This document shows, in pieces, positions 38,580-48,330 of a stretch of 64,000 nt of DNA. The first letter of the stretch is position 1. Every line of letters begins with the position of its first letter. This DNA is from Spirochaetia bacterium (lineage in GTDB: Bacteria > Spirochaetota > Spirochaetia > SZUA-6 > Bin103), in assembly GCA_965203905.1 (NCBI GenBank), contig CBDBDQ010000005.1:3296001-3360000 (forward strand). Direction: 5' to 3'. The notes beneath the pieces are model-generated. The model did not search any database, was not told where the DNA came from, and saw only the letters and a list, made by a program, of their open reading frames with translations. The position numbers and the translations under genes were made by a program.

Positions 38580-39590
38580 CTACCGTACGGAGTCGTGTCG
38601 GTTGCGCAGACGCTGGCGGAAGTCGGCCTCGCTGATGCAGGCGTTGGCGGCCGCGACGATGGCGTGGTCGGTCAACTCGGCGAAGCCCGGCACGCCGGGG
38701 AATTCGGCCGAGACCTCGATGCCGCGCGCTGCCAACAGCGCCCGCGCCAATCCGGCGCGACCTTCTGCATGGCCTTCCGCCCGGCTCCGGCGGCGTTGCG
38801 CGCCCAGCAGGTGGTCGTCGTCCGGGCCGGTGCCCTCCCGCTCCCCGAGCGCCGTGCCCACCCGCTCCAGGACCGCGCTGGTCCGTGACGAGAACGTCTC
38901 CTCGTTCAGCGCCACGTGGATCTCGACCGCCGTCCAGCCGGGAAACGCCCGGCTGGACGCCGCCTCCCGATACGCGCCGTCCTGCAGCAGGTGGATGGTC
39001 AGCCCCGACCGCCGGCTCCGCGGCCGGCTCGGTGCGCGTGCCTCCGGTACCTCGACCCAGACCTCCGGAAACCCCCACGCCTCGTACTGCGGCAGCTTGC
39101 GCCGGCGCACGTCGGTGGTGTGATCCACTTCCAGCACCACGTCCGGAAAGTCGTGCTCGCCGATCGTCAGCACCGGCCGTGGCAGCCGGGCGCGCGCCGG
39201 GTACAGGTACACCATCTCGTCCGCCTGCATGATGAGGCGCGGCTCGCCGTGCGCGTTGCGTTCGGTCAGGTCGGTGTGGCCGAAGCACTCTACCGGCCCA
39301 CCGCGCACCGCCGCGATGCGCTCGGCCAACCTCCCCAAGCGCTGCGTGGGGCCTTCGTGGTACGAACTGACCGGATCGCAAATCCAGGCGGTTTCGGTGG
39401 CGGAGTCCCAATATTCGAGGCGCATATCGCAGTCGTCGAGTTCCTGCCGCGGCAGGCGGACCGGCTTGCAGCCGGGGAAATCCGCGGCCGTGGGAGGCTG
39501 GACGCCCGGCGCCGTGTCCACCGGCTGAGCCGTTCCCGACGCCGGGGCGGGCGCTTCGACCTGCGGACGGAGCGTGCGCACGGAAGCCAT
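38580..39590 (-). CDS. Uma2 (DUF820) PD-(D/E)xK-family endonuclease-like protein
   Basis: 'HE', 'QADE', 'PDVVLEVD', 'KLPQYEAWGFPEVW', 'SRAFPG'. Confidence 0.85.
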   Translation of the reverse strand: MASVRTLRPQVEAPAPASGTAQPVDTAPGVQPPTAADFPGCKPVRLPRQELDDCDMRLEYWDSATETAWICDPVSSYHEGPTQRLGRLAERIAAVRGGPVECFGHTDLTERNAHGEPRLIMQADEMVYLYPARARLPRPVLTIGEHDFPDVVLEVDHTTDVRRRKLPQYEAWGFPEVWVEVPEARAPSRPRSRRSGLTIHLLQDGAYREAASSRAFPGWTAVEIHVALNEETFSSRTSAVLERVGTALGEREGTGPDDDHLLGAQRRRSRAEGHAEGRAGLARALLAARGIEVSAEFPGVPGFAELTDHAIVAAANACISEADFRQRLRNRHDSVR

Positions 39591-39675
39591 GCCGGCACCG
39601 TACGGCATTCCACCAGCCCGATGCAATCGCAATCGCGCGCTCGACGGCACGCGGCGGGAGCGTCCGCCACTCTAC

Positions 39676-39768
39676 CGGCTGGCAGGCGGCAGCCAGCCGG
39701 CCAGCTCAGTAGTTGAACACGACGGCCTGGTGGCAGAGCACTTCCGGGACGGTGACCGCGACCGCGCC
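39676..39768. repeat. Imperfect direct repeat, copy 2: active glycosidase 3' end plus hairpin CCGGCTGGC...GCCAGCCGG
   Basis: Matches 38484-38575. Confidence 0.8.
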
Positions 39769-41685
39769 ACCCGAGCGCTGTATCTCCAGCGCGGCGCCCT
39801 GGGGAACCAGGGTCGCAGACGCCACCTCTTCCGGCACCGTGAGCTGCAACGGCACACCGTGCAGCGGCACCAGGTCCTCGATCACCAGGCAGCGGCCGCG
39901 CTGCAACGGCGTCGCATAGAGCAGGTGGACGACGTAGCGGCGCTGCTCGGGCTGGTGCAGCAGGCTGAGGCGCCCCGCGCTGGGCATCTCCGTGTGGGCC
40001 GTCGGTGTGGGGTAGACCAGCGCCAGGGCGTTGCGGAAGAGCTGCCGGTGCACCCGCGCGCCGTGCGCGTGATAGATGCGGCCCAGGTTGTGTGCCAGGA
40101 GCACGCGGTTGCCCGTGCGCACCGCCCCCGGGTGGGCGGCGTCCTGCTGTCGGTAGGGCGTGTTGAGGTGGCCGCAGTAGGCGCCGTAGGTACGGCTGAA
40201 GTACGGTTCGCGGATCCGTGCCAGGACCTCGGCGTCGGCCGCGGGCGCGGTGCGTAGTCCCGACTCGTAGCAGAGGAACGGCGAGCGCACCAGCTCGGCG
40301 CCGAGCGTATCTCCGGCACACAGGTAGTCGACGTCGCAGCGCCCCGGCCCCAGGTACTCCACGCGGGCGTCGAGCGCGAAGCGATCCTCTCCGGCCAGCA
40401 GGCCCCCTTCGCCGAGCATCAGCAGCCCGCCCGTGAAGTCGTCGAGCCGCTGCGCCGCGGCGGCGGTCAGAGACCTCCCTCCGGTCAGGACGATGGCGTC
40501 ATATCCCGACAGGTCGTCGTCGTCCGCCACCACCTGGTAGTCGGTCTGGGTCTCCAGCAGCATGCTGCTTACGCCCTCGTCGTCGGCGTTGCTGCCCGAG
40601 CGCCAGAAGCCGAGGCGCGCGGCCGGCTGTCCGCCGATGCCGTACTCCTCGATCCGCTCCACGTAGTCGAAGGCGGCGCCGATGTTGCGGTAGGTGTCCG
40701 GGTCCATCTCCCCGGAGGGATGCAACTGGTCGCCGAAGTTGCAGGCGGCGCCGTAGGCGATCATGCTCGCCGCCTCGAAGCGCAGCGCGTCGGGATGCTT
40801 GAAGCCGCCGAACTCACCCCACGAGGTGTGGAACTTGCCGCTCATCGCCACGTAGGGCTTGCCCACGGTGGCGAAGTGGCGCGCCCGCAGCGCCAGCTTG
40901 TCGTAGCCGCCCCAGGTGGTGGGCAGGTCCTCCAGGTCGTTCTGGGTGTTGTAGCGGTACAGCCGGTAGCGCACGTTGGCGTCGCGATCGAGCCGGGTCA
41001 CGCCGTTGAAGTAGATCGACGCCGCGGGATGATGGCTGCCGATCAGGCGCACCAGATCCGCCATGTGGCGGTGCATCGTGTGTGCCCGGTAGCGCTGCAC
41101 GTCCTCCAGGTGGTCGATGTCGAGGCCGGCGTCGAGCATGCCGCGCAGGCAGTCGTCGCACCAGCACAGCCGCTCCGCCTGGTAGATGTCGAACCAGAAG
41201 CCGTCGACCTCGTAGCCGGTGCACAGCTCCTCGACCTGAGCGGCCATCAGCTCGTGATAGCCGCCGCTCGGGCACAGGCACTTCCACTGCACCCCCGGCT
41301 TGGGAGTGTCGGGCGTCGCGTCGCGGTCCCATCGGGGAGCGCAGATGGAGCCGTCGCGGTTGCGGATGCGCCACTCGGGATGCAACTCCGCGTCGGCCGC
41401 CGACCAGCCGACGGTGAAGTAGATGGGACAGCGTACGCCGATCTCGTGGCAGGCCGCGATCTGCTCACCCAGCAGGTCGCGTCGCAAGTGGGGATGACGC
41501 ATGCCCACCTTGGTGGGGTAGTAGCACCAGCTGTGGTGGCACTTGGCGAACACGTTGATCAGGTTGACGCGTCCCGTGCGCAGCGCGTCCTGCCACTGCC
41601 GCTTGTCGAAACGGCTTCCGATGCCGCGAATCAGCTCGGAGGTATGAAAGTCGAGATGGATCTGCCGTGACCGGATCGGTTCCAA
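39706..41685 (-). CDS. GH151-like (GHL6/beta-galactosidase trimerisation domain) glycoside hydrolase, putative alpha-L-fucosidase
   Basis: 'RQIHLDFHTSE', 'FAKCHHSWCYYPT', 'DGFWFDI', 'EDLPTTWGGY', 'KFHTSWGEFGGFK', 'GDQLHP'. Confidence 0.8.
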   Translation of the reverse strand: MEPIRSRQIHLDFHTSELIRGIGSRFDKRQWQDALRTGRVNLINVFAKCHHSWCYYPTKVGMRHPHLRRDLLGEQIAACHEIGVRCPIYFTVGWSAADAELHPEWRIRNRDGSICAPRWDRDATPDTPKPGVQWKCLCPSGGYHELMAAQVEELCTGYEVDGFWFDIYQAERLCWCDDCLRGMLDAGLDIDHLEDVQRYRAHTMHRHMADLVRLIGSHHPAASIYFNGVTRLDRDANVRYRLYRYNTQNDLEDLPTTWGGYDKLALRARHFATVGKPYVAMSGKFHTSWGEFGGFKHPDALRFEAASMIAYGAACNFGDQLHPSGEMDPDTYRNIGAAFDYVERIEEYGIGGQPAARLGFWRSGSNADDEGVSSMLLETQTDYQVVADDDDLSGYDAIVLTGGRSLTAAAAQRLDDFTGGLLMLGEGGLLAGEDRFALDARVEYLGPGRCDVDYLCAGDTLGAELVRSPFLCYESGLRTAPAADAEVLARIREPYFSRTYGAYCGHLNTPYRQQDAAHPGAVRTGNRVLLAHNLGRIYHAHGARVHRQLFRNALALVYPTPTAHTEMPSAGRLSLLHQPEQRRYVVHLLYATPLQRGRCLVIEDLVPLHGVPLQLTVPEEVASATLVPQGAALEIQRSGGAVAVTVPEVLCHQAVVFNY

Positions 41686-41748
41686 TTGGTGGCCTCCCGC
41701 GGGGGCCCTGTTGTACCAGACGGAGCCGGATCGGTCATCCGCACCACG

Positions 41749-44031
41749 TCACACGGCGTGGCGGCGGTTCATGCGGCGCTGCGACTGCACCAGGCCGTGG
41801 TAGATGCCGCCGGCGGCCATCAGCTCGGCGTGGGTGCCCACCTCGGCGACGCGGCCCCGGTCGAGGACCAGCAGCCGGTCGGCGTGGCGCAGGGTGGAGA
41901 GGCGATGGGCGATGGCGAAGGTGGTGCGGCCCTGCATCAGCGCGAACAGGCCGGCCTGGATCAGCTCCTCGGTCTCGCTGTCGACCGCCGCGGTGGCCTC
42001 GTCCAGGATCAGGATGCGCGGGTCGTGGAGGATGGCGCGGGCAATGGCGACGCGCTGGCGCTCGCCGCCCGAGAGGCGCTGCCCGCGTTCTCCCACCAGG
42101 GTGTCGTAGCCGTCCGGGAAGGCGCAGATGAAGTCGTGCGCGCCGGCCACCTTGGCGGCGGCGATGAGTTGCCACGGGGTCGCGTCGGGCTGGGCGTAGG
42201 CGATGTTCTCGGCGATGCTCCCGGAGAACAGGAACGTCTCCTGCAGCACCACGCCAAGCTGTCGGTGCAGGTCGCGCAGATCGATGGCGCGCAGGTCGAC
42301 GCCGTCGATGGTGATGCGCCCCGCGTCCGGGTCGTACAGCCGCAGCAGGAGGTTGATCAGCGTCGACTTGCCGGCCCCGGAGTGGCCCACGATGCCGATC
42401 ATCTCCCCCGGCGCCACCTCCAGCGACACGTCGTCGAGCACCGGCTCGTGGCTCTGGTAACCGAACACCACGTCCTCGAAGCGGACTCGTCCCGCGATCG
42501 GCAGCCGCCGTGGGTGACCGCTGTCGGCCACCGTCGGCTGCTCGTCGATCACCTCGAACACCCGCTCGGCGGCGGTCATCGACTCGGCGAAGCGGCGCGG
42601 CAGGCCGGCGATCCAGATCAGCGGCCCGTACAGCAGCATCGCGTACTGGACGAACTGCACCAGCTCGCCCAGCTTCATGCGCTCGCCCAGCACCAGGTAG
42701 CCGCCCAGGGCGAACACCAGGAACTCGCCGGCGCGCATCACGAAGCCCCACAGCGGGATGTGGTTGGCCCAGGTGCGCTCGTGGGCGAACATCATGTCGC
42801 GCAGCTCGCGGCTGCGGGAGCGGAAGCGGCCGGTCTCGGCACGCTCGCGGCCGAAGGCCTTGACCACGCGGATCCCCGACAGGATGTCCTGCAGCAGGGT
42901 GTCCACCTTGTCGAACATCCGCTCCTGCTTCCGGAACAGGGAGCGCACGTGGGCCCACACGCCGCCGGCGATCAGCATCACGACCGGCACCGGGACCAGC
43001 ACCAGCACTGCCAGCCGCCACTCGCGCAGGAACAGGATCAGCGCCACGCCGACCAGGAACAGTACCTGGGCGACACTGTCGGTGAGCCAGAAGTTGATGA
43101 ACTGCTGGATGTTGCGCGTGTCCTTGCTGACCCGGTTGAGGATGTCGCCGGCGTCGCGCGTGCCCAGGTAGCCGAGGGAGAGCTTCTGCACGTTGGTGTA
43201 GACCATGCGCCGCAGGTCGCGGGCCAGGGCGTTGGAGAGCTGCGCCATGGCACGCCCGCGCAGGGCGTCGCTGAGCGCGGTCAGGCCGTAGGTGACGGCC
43301 AGCGCCCCGATCAGCGCCAGGATCGCCAGCAGGTCGGCATTGCGCGGCACCAGGTAGTCGTCGATCAGCACCCGGGTGAGCTGCGGCGGCAGCAGCGACA
43401 GCAGGGTGAAGACCACGAACAGCGCCACCGCGGCAAGCACCCAGCGCAGGTGGGCGCGGGCCAGGGTCCACAGCCGGCGCGCCATGGCGGCGCGGTTGGT
43501 GCAGGCGCGGCACACGCGGGTGCCGGGATCGCGGCGCCGTCCGCAGTTGGCGCACACCCCTTCGTCGGGAGTGTCATCGAGCGCCGGCCGCTTGCCCTCC
43601 AGCAGCAGGTTGAGACCGCGTGCGAGGGCGGCGTAGCGCGGCGCGTGGCTCATGGAGTAGCGCGCCAGGGTCTCGGCGTGCCCGTTGGCGCCGCCGTTCG
43701 CGGAAGCGGCCGGCTCCATCACCAGGCGCCCGCTTCCCACCATGTTGTCGGCGCGGAACCGGCCGGCCTGCCGCAGGGGCAGGCTGCGCCAGCCCTCCGC
43801 CCCGGCCTGCTGCAACGCGATCGCCGTATCGGTAACCACGGTCCAGCCGTGGCCGAAGGTGCCGTCCGCGGTCAGGTCCGCCGGTATGGCGTAACGGACC
43901 TCCGGCGCGGCCGGAACTTCCGGTGCGGCGTGTCCCGCCGGCGCGGTGCTTGCGGCAGGCAGCTCGGCGCCGTCGAGGTGGGCGGCCAGCTCCGCGGCGA
44001 CCTCGGCCGGAAGCTCGTAGCGCAGCCTCAC
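41749..44031 (-). CDS. ABC exporter (TMD+NBD) with N-terminal extension and Zn-ribbon
   Basis: 'GHSGAGKS', 'LSGGERQR', 'ILDEAT', 'AHRLST'; 'CANC...CRAC'. Confidence 0.92.
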   Translation of the reverse strand: MRLRYELPAEVAAELAAHLDGAELPAASTAPAGHAAPEVPAAPEVRYAIPADLTADGTFGHGWTVVTDTAIALQQAGAEGWRSLPLRQAGRFRADNMVGSGRLVMEPAASANGGANGHAETLARYSMSHAPRYAALARGLNLLLEGKRPALDDTPDEGVCANCGRRRDPGTRVCRACTNRAAMARRLWTLARAHLRWVLAAVALFVVFTLLSLLPPQLTRVLIDDYLVPRNADLLAILALIGALAVTYGLTALSDALRGRAMAQLSNALARDLRRMVYTNVQKLSLGYLGTRDAGDILNRVSKDTRNIQQFINFWLTDSVAQVLFLVGVALILFLREWRLAVLVLVPVPVVMLIAGGVWAHVRSLFRKQERMFDKVDTLLQDILSGIRVVKAFGRERAETGRFRSRSRELRDMMFAHERTWANHIPLWGFVMRAGEFLVFALGGYLVLGERMKLGELVQFVQYAMLLYGPLIWIAGLPRRFAESMTAAERVFEVIDEQPTVADSGHPRRLPIAGRVRFEDVVFGYQSHEPVLDDVSLEVAPGEMIGIVGHSGAGKSTLINLLLRLYDPDAGRITIDGVDLRAIDLRDLHRQLGVVLQETFLFSGSIAENIAYAQPDATPWQLIAAAKVAGAHDFICAFPDGYDTLVGERGQRLSGGERQRVAIARAILHDPRILILDEATAAVDSETEELIQAGLFALMQGRTTFAIAHRLSTLRHADRLLVLDRGRVAEVGTHAELMAAGGIYHGLVQSQRRMNRRHAV

Positions 44032-44585
44032 AGCAGGGTCTCCAGGGTGCGCAGCACGCTCCGGTCGAGGCGCGCGTAGTCGTCCACGGAGAAGCGGTTG
44101 CCGTCCACGTCGACGATCAGCAGGCGGCGCTCCCCCACCACGGTCACGTTGTTCTTGCCACTCTGCACCGTGAAGCGCCGCGGGCCGGCGTCGGTGTCGA
44201 CCAGCCAGTAGGAGTAGCCGAATTCCTCCTTCACGGAGCGCACCTGCCGGATGGCCGGGGTGAAGTAGCGCCGCTCCAGCTCGGCGCGCAGCAGTGCCGC
44301 CTGGTCGGGGGCCAGATCGGCGAGAGACTCGAGGATGCCGATCTCGTTGCCGTCGGCGTCGCGCAGGGAGAGGTAGCGGTCGGCGTCGCTCAATGGAAAG
44401 GTGCGGTAGGCGTTGATCCGCGGATAGTGCTCGGTCTGTTCTCCGGCGGTGACGGTCAGCGCCAGGAAGCCGCCTGCGGTGGCCGCGAGGTGCAGCGCGC
44501 CGGCGGGCAGCAGCCGTACCTCGGCCTGGCCCAAGGCTCCCCCCGCCGCGCCGTCGGGTCCGCTCGCCGCGCGTCGTTCGCTCAT
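44028..44585 (-). CDS. DUF1854-domain protein
   Basis: 'RTFPLSD...YLSL', 'EIG', 'ELERRYFTP', 'W.V.TD.G', 'DVDGNRF'. Confidence 0.85.
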   Translation of the reverse strand: MSERRAASGPDGAAGGALGQAEVRLLPAGALHLAATAGGFLALTVTAGEQTEHYPRINAYRTFPLSDADRYLSLRDADGNEIGILESLADLAPDQAALLRAELERRYFTPAIRQVRSVKEEFGYSYWLVDTDAGPRRFTVQSGKNNVTVVGERRLLIVDVDGNRFSVDDYARLDRSVLRTLETLL

Positions 44586-46879
44586 CGCGTGGCTCCGATC
44601 CCGATCACCGCCAAGGCGTCCTGCTGCTTGCGCACCAGGCGGCAGTAGATGCCCCCGGCTGCCATCAGCTCGTCGTGGGTGCCCTGCTCCACCAGGCGCC
44701 CCTTATCCACCACCACCAGCCGGTCCGCCATGCGCAGCGTCGACAGGCGGTGGGCGATGGCGATGGTGGTGCGGCCGTGGATCAGCCGCTCCAGAGCCTG
44801 CTGAATCATCTCCTCGGTAGCCGAATCCACCGACGAGGTCGCCTCGTCGAGGATCAGGATGCGCGGGTCCAGCAGCACCGCGCGGGCGATCGACAGGCGC
44901 TGCCGCTCGCCGCCGGAGAGCCCGTGGCCGCGGCTGCCGATCACGGTGTCGTAACCGTTGGGCAGGGTGGTGATGAAGTCGTGCGCGAACGCCGCGCGCG
45001 CGGCGGCGACGATCTCGGCCCGGCTGGCGTCGGGCCGGCCGTAGGCGATGTTCTCGGCCACGCTGCCGGCGAACAGGTAAGGATCCTGCAGGATGATGCC
45101 GACCTGCCGGCGCAGATCGGCGCTGCGCAGGTCGCGCACGTCGATGCCGTCGATCAGCACCTGGCCGACGCCGGTGTCGTAGAGCCGCGTCATCAGGTTG
45201 ATCAGGGTCGACTTGCCGGCGCCGGTGTGCCCGACCAGGCCCACCGTCTCGCCCGCGGCCACCCGCAGGTCGACGTCGTGCAGCACCGGCTTGTTGGGCT
45301 CGTAGCCGAAGCTGACCCCACGCAGTTCCACCTCGCCGCGCAGCGCCGGCAGTGGCACCGGGTCGGCGCGCTCGGCCACTTCGGGCACGCTGTCGACGAT
45401 CTCGAAGATGCGCTGCGCCGAATTCATCGCCTGCGACCACCACTCCACCACCTTGGTCATGAAGCGCAGCGGCTCGTACAGCAGGGCGACGAAGCCGACG
45501 AAGCTCATCAGCACGCCGAAGGTCAGGTCTCCGGCCACGATCTGCCAGCCGCCGACCGCCCACACGATCAGGCCGCCGAGTTGGGTGAGGAAGGCGACCG
45601 TGGGAAACAGGGTGGCAAGGGTGCGCTGGGTGTGACGGTGGGAGCGGTACACCTCGTCGTTGGCCGGCCGGAAGCGTTCGATCTCCTCCCGCTCCTTGCC
45701 GAACGCCTTGACCACCCGGACCCCGCTCAGGGAGTCCTCCACCAGGCCGTTGAGGATCGCCAGCGAGCGGTACTGGCGGCTGAACAGGCGCCAGAGCTGC
45801 GGCACGCGCAGCTTGATGATCAGCACCACGAAGGGCGCGGGGATCAGCAGCAGCAGCGCCAGCGACCAGTCGAGGGCGATCATGGCGGACACGATCGCCA
45901 CGATCTGGACCAGGTTGACGATGAAGAAGGGCAGCCCGTCGATGAAGAAGTAGTTGAGGTTCATGGAGTCGTGGTTCACCCGCACCATGAGCCCGCCGGT
46001 CTGCTTGCGGGCGAAGAACCCCAGCGACAGCCGCTGCAGCGCCTCGAAGATCTGGTTCTTGAGATCGTAGATCATGCTCACCGAGACGCGGGCGGTGATG
46101 CGCATGTGGATCACCTCGGCCAGTACCCCGAGAGCGTGAACCGCCACCAGCAGCGCGATCAGCTCGGCCAGGTGGCCGTAGTAGCGTCCCGCCGGGTCGA
46201 GCACGTCGTCGAACAGCACCCGGCCGCTGAGCAGCGGCGCCACGGTGCGCAGGGCGCTGGCGCCGATCATGGCGGCCAGGATCAGCACCACCCAGCCACG
46301 GTAGGGGCGCAGGTAGCCGAGCACGCGCAGAAACAGGCCGCGCTTGTCGATGCAGCGGGGACAGACGCTGCGCTCCTGGTCGGGATAGCGCAGCCCGCAG
46401 CGCGGGCAGTTGCGCTCCCGCTCCTGCTCAGCCGCGGGTGCCCGCTCCCCCTTCTGCAGCGCGGCAACCGCGCGCGCGAAGCTCTCGAAGCGCTGCGCCT
46501 CGCTGTTGGTGAAACGCAGCAGGAGGCGTTCCAGGTCGGCGTCGTCCGCCGGCTCGGCAGGTGACGCCGGGGCCACGTCCCCGTCGCCGTTGCCGGCAGC
46601 AGGTGCCGCGGCGTCGGTCCCGGCGCCCGCTGGACGGGTCATCAGCAGGCCCCCGGTAACCAGGGCCTGCACCTGCATCTCGCCGAGATCGGCCAGCGGG
46701 TAGGAGTCGACGCGGGCGGCGTTCACCAGGTGCAGCGCGGTAGCCGTGGCCAGCGCCCACTGCGACCCGTAGCGGCCGTCGGCGTCCAGGTCGGAACGCA
46801 CCGCGTGCCGCACCTCGTCCGGGCGCACGCCTGCCGCCGCGAGCCGGTCGCGGATCTGCTGCGGGACTACCTCGTTCAT
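44582..46879 (-). CDS. ABC exporter (TMD+NBD) with N-terminal extension and Zn-ribbon
   Basis: 'GHTGAGKS', 'LSGGERQR', 'ILDEATSSVD'; 'CPRC...CPRC'. Confidence 0.92.
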   Translation of the reverse strand: MNEVVPQQIRDRLAAAGVRPDEVRHAVRSDLDADGRYGSQWALATATALHLVNAARVDSYPLADLGEMQVQALVTGGLLMTRPAGAGTDAAAPAAGNGDGDVAPASPAEPADDADLERLLLRFTNSEAQRFESFARAVAALQKGERAPAAEQERERNCPRCGLRYPDQERSVCPRCIDKRGLFLRVLGYLRPYRGWVVLILAAMIGASALRTVAPLLSGRVLFDDVLDPAGRYYGHLAELIALLVAVHALGVLAEVIHMRITARVSVSMIYDLKNQIFEALQRLSLGFFARKQTGGLMVRVNHDSMNLNYFFIDGLPFFIVNLVQIVAIVSAMIALDWSLALLLLIPAPFVVLIIKLRVPQLWRLFSRQYRSLAILNGLVEDSLSGVRVVKAFGKEREEIERFRPANDEVYRSHRHTQRTLATLFPTVAFLTQLGGLIVWAVGGWQIVAGDLTFGVLMSFVGFVALLYEPLRFMTKVVEWWSQAMNSAQRIFEIVDSVPEVAERADPVPLPALRGEVELRGVSFGYEPNKPVLHDVDLRVAAGETVGLVGHTGAGKSTLINLMTRLYDTGVGQVLIDGIDVRDLRSADLRRQVGIILQDPYLFAGSVAENIAYGRPDASRAEIVAAARAAFAHDFITTLPNGYDTVIGSRGHGLSGGERQRLSIARAVLLDPRILILDEATSSVDSATEEMIQQALERLIHGRTTIAIAHRLSTLRMADRLVVVDKGRLVEQGTHDELMAAGGIYCRLVRKQQDALAVIGIGATR

Positions 46880-47006
46880 CTCCCGGAGCGGTCAATATAA
46901 TCCGCTCCCCCGGCGAATCCGAGCGGACTCCGCTCATCCGGATCGGCCCCGCCGCAGCGCGGACGCTCGCCAGTACCCATGGACGATGACGTACCCTGGC
47001 CTGTAT

Positions 47007-47042
47007 GTGCAGGTCGTGCAGGTCGTGCAGGTCGTGCAGGTC
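47007..47042. repeat. Tandem repeat (GTGCAGGTC)x4
   Basis: Four exact 9-mers in intergenic DNA. Confidence 0.85.
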
Positions 47043-47091
47043 GGCGAGCGGTCCAGGAACCACGCCGGCGCAGGCGGGCAGGATCGGTCCG

Positions 47092-47313
47092 TTCGCGAAA
47101 TGGCGAATTTTCTTGTCACTTTCGCGACTGTTACGCCAATTCGTGAATTTGACAGATTGAATGGATCTACGATGTTGGCTCTTCTCATTCGTCAATTTGG
47201 AGAGACGATTTGCTTGCGCTGGTTTAATGTTGTGCCTACGAGCCCGATCTATCGCGAATTCGCGAACTTCAGAGTAGGTTCGCGAAGTTTCCGCCGATTT
47301 CGCGAATTCGCGA
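47092..47313. repeat. Cluster of TTCGCGAA/TCGCGAATTCGCGA palindromes
   Basis: Sites at 47092, 47121, 47138, 47252-47265, 47279 and 47300-47313. Confidence 0.65.
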
Positions 47314-47433
47314 GAGAGAATTCAGTGCTCAGGCGAGGATTGGGGCGCTGTAATTGCCCTTTCCTATTTCGGCGCTGCATGGCAGCCTGGGAAAATCAAG
47401 TCTGCGTCATGCAGGCAATGGTAGGAGGATCGA

Positions 47434-48066
47434 ATGACAAGAATAGTGGCGGTTGCGGGCGTTGCGGTGGTTGCGGCGATGGCGGTGCTGGCCGGTTGCG
47501 CCCGTGGTCCGGGGGCCATGGAGATGGATTACGCCAAGGAGCTCGCGGGAACCTATACGGGTGTTATACCGGAGCGGCCCGTGGAAAACCCATTCGCCAA
47601 CGTGCCGGCGGAGCAGATACCTGCACCGTTGGCTCCTCTCGTGGCTCAGTTGCCACCGATGCTCAACGCGGCAAGCGCCATAACGCTCGTAGCCACCGAC
47701 ATCGAGGACAATAAGAACAGCGGCACGTTCACGTTTACCTTGACCAACACCGTTGCCGGCTTGCCGCCGGGCACTCCGTCGGCTGGGATCGTGTACACGC
47801 TGACCGGCTCCCTCACGATCGACTCGTCGGAGATCTCCACTTCCGGCATAGTGGTCGAGGCGGCCGCCCAGGTCAATGAGGTGGTCATACCGCTCCCCAG
47901 CAGTGTTCTTCGGCCTGATGCTCTACAGATCCTCGAAGCGGACCCGGTGTTCGGCTATGAGCTGTCGGGTGACACGTTGAAGCTCACCAATGTGGGCATG
48001 CCCGTCCTGCTGCAACTGCCGCCGAGCGATACGACGCTCACGCTCACCAGGCAGCCGCCGAGCTGA
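47434..48066 (+). CDS. Hypothetical lipoprotein
   Basis: AGGAGG RBS; signal peptide with lipobox 'VLAGC'; beta-rich mature part. Confidence 0.75.
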   Translation: MTRIVAVAGVAVVAAMAVLAGCARGPGAMEMDYAKELAGTYTGVIPERPVENPFANVPAEQIPAPLAPLVAQLPPMLNAASAITLVATDIEDNKNSGTFTFTLTNTVAGLPPGTPSAGIVYTLTGSLTIDSSEISTSGIVVEAAAQVNEVVIPLPSSVLRPDALQILEADPVFGYELSGDTLKLTNVGMPVLLQLPPSDTTLTLTRQPPS

Positions 48067-48330
48067 ACGCAGGGACCCCGAGACGGAGCGGGCACCGTGT
48101 AGAGACTCGGTGGGTTCCTCGCGCGCACAGCCGGCCGCGCCCCGCAAACTGCGGCGGCGCGGCCGGCGTAGCCTGCAACAGGTAACGGTCATCGGCGTCG
48201 AGGGCAGGAGACGGCAGGCGTAATCGGTCTCGTCGCGACTTGCCGGATCGCAAACGTCTATCACTTGGCCCCGACGAGATGGCCACCGTGTGCAGGTAGT
48301 GTGCGGCTTGTCGGGGCCAATGCCGATACC

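Noticed and set aside
38484-39768. Diversity-generating retroelement TR/VR pair
   Set aside because: The eight mismatches are not adenine-specific and no reverse transcriptase is present in the window.
41686-44079. 797-aa plus-strand ORF and similar long ORFs (19230-22052, 28170-31043, 60870-63320, 52052-53932)
   Set aside because: Antisense or alternate-frame shadows of well-supported genes; no family motifs and low-complexity Arg/Gly/Ala composition.
47007-47313. CRISPR array
   Set aside because: Repeats are 8-14 bp with no regular spacers, and there are no cas genes.
46986-47714. 242-aa ORF across the palindrome-rich gap
   Set aside because: Overlaps the better-supported lipoprotein gene in another frame, and its sequence mirrors the DNA repeats.
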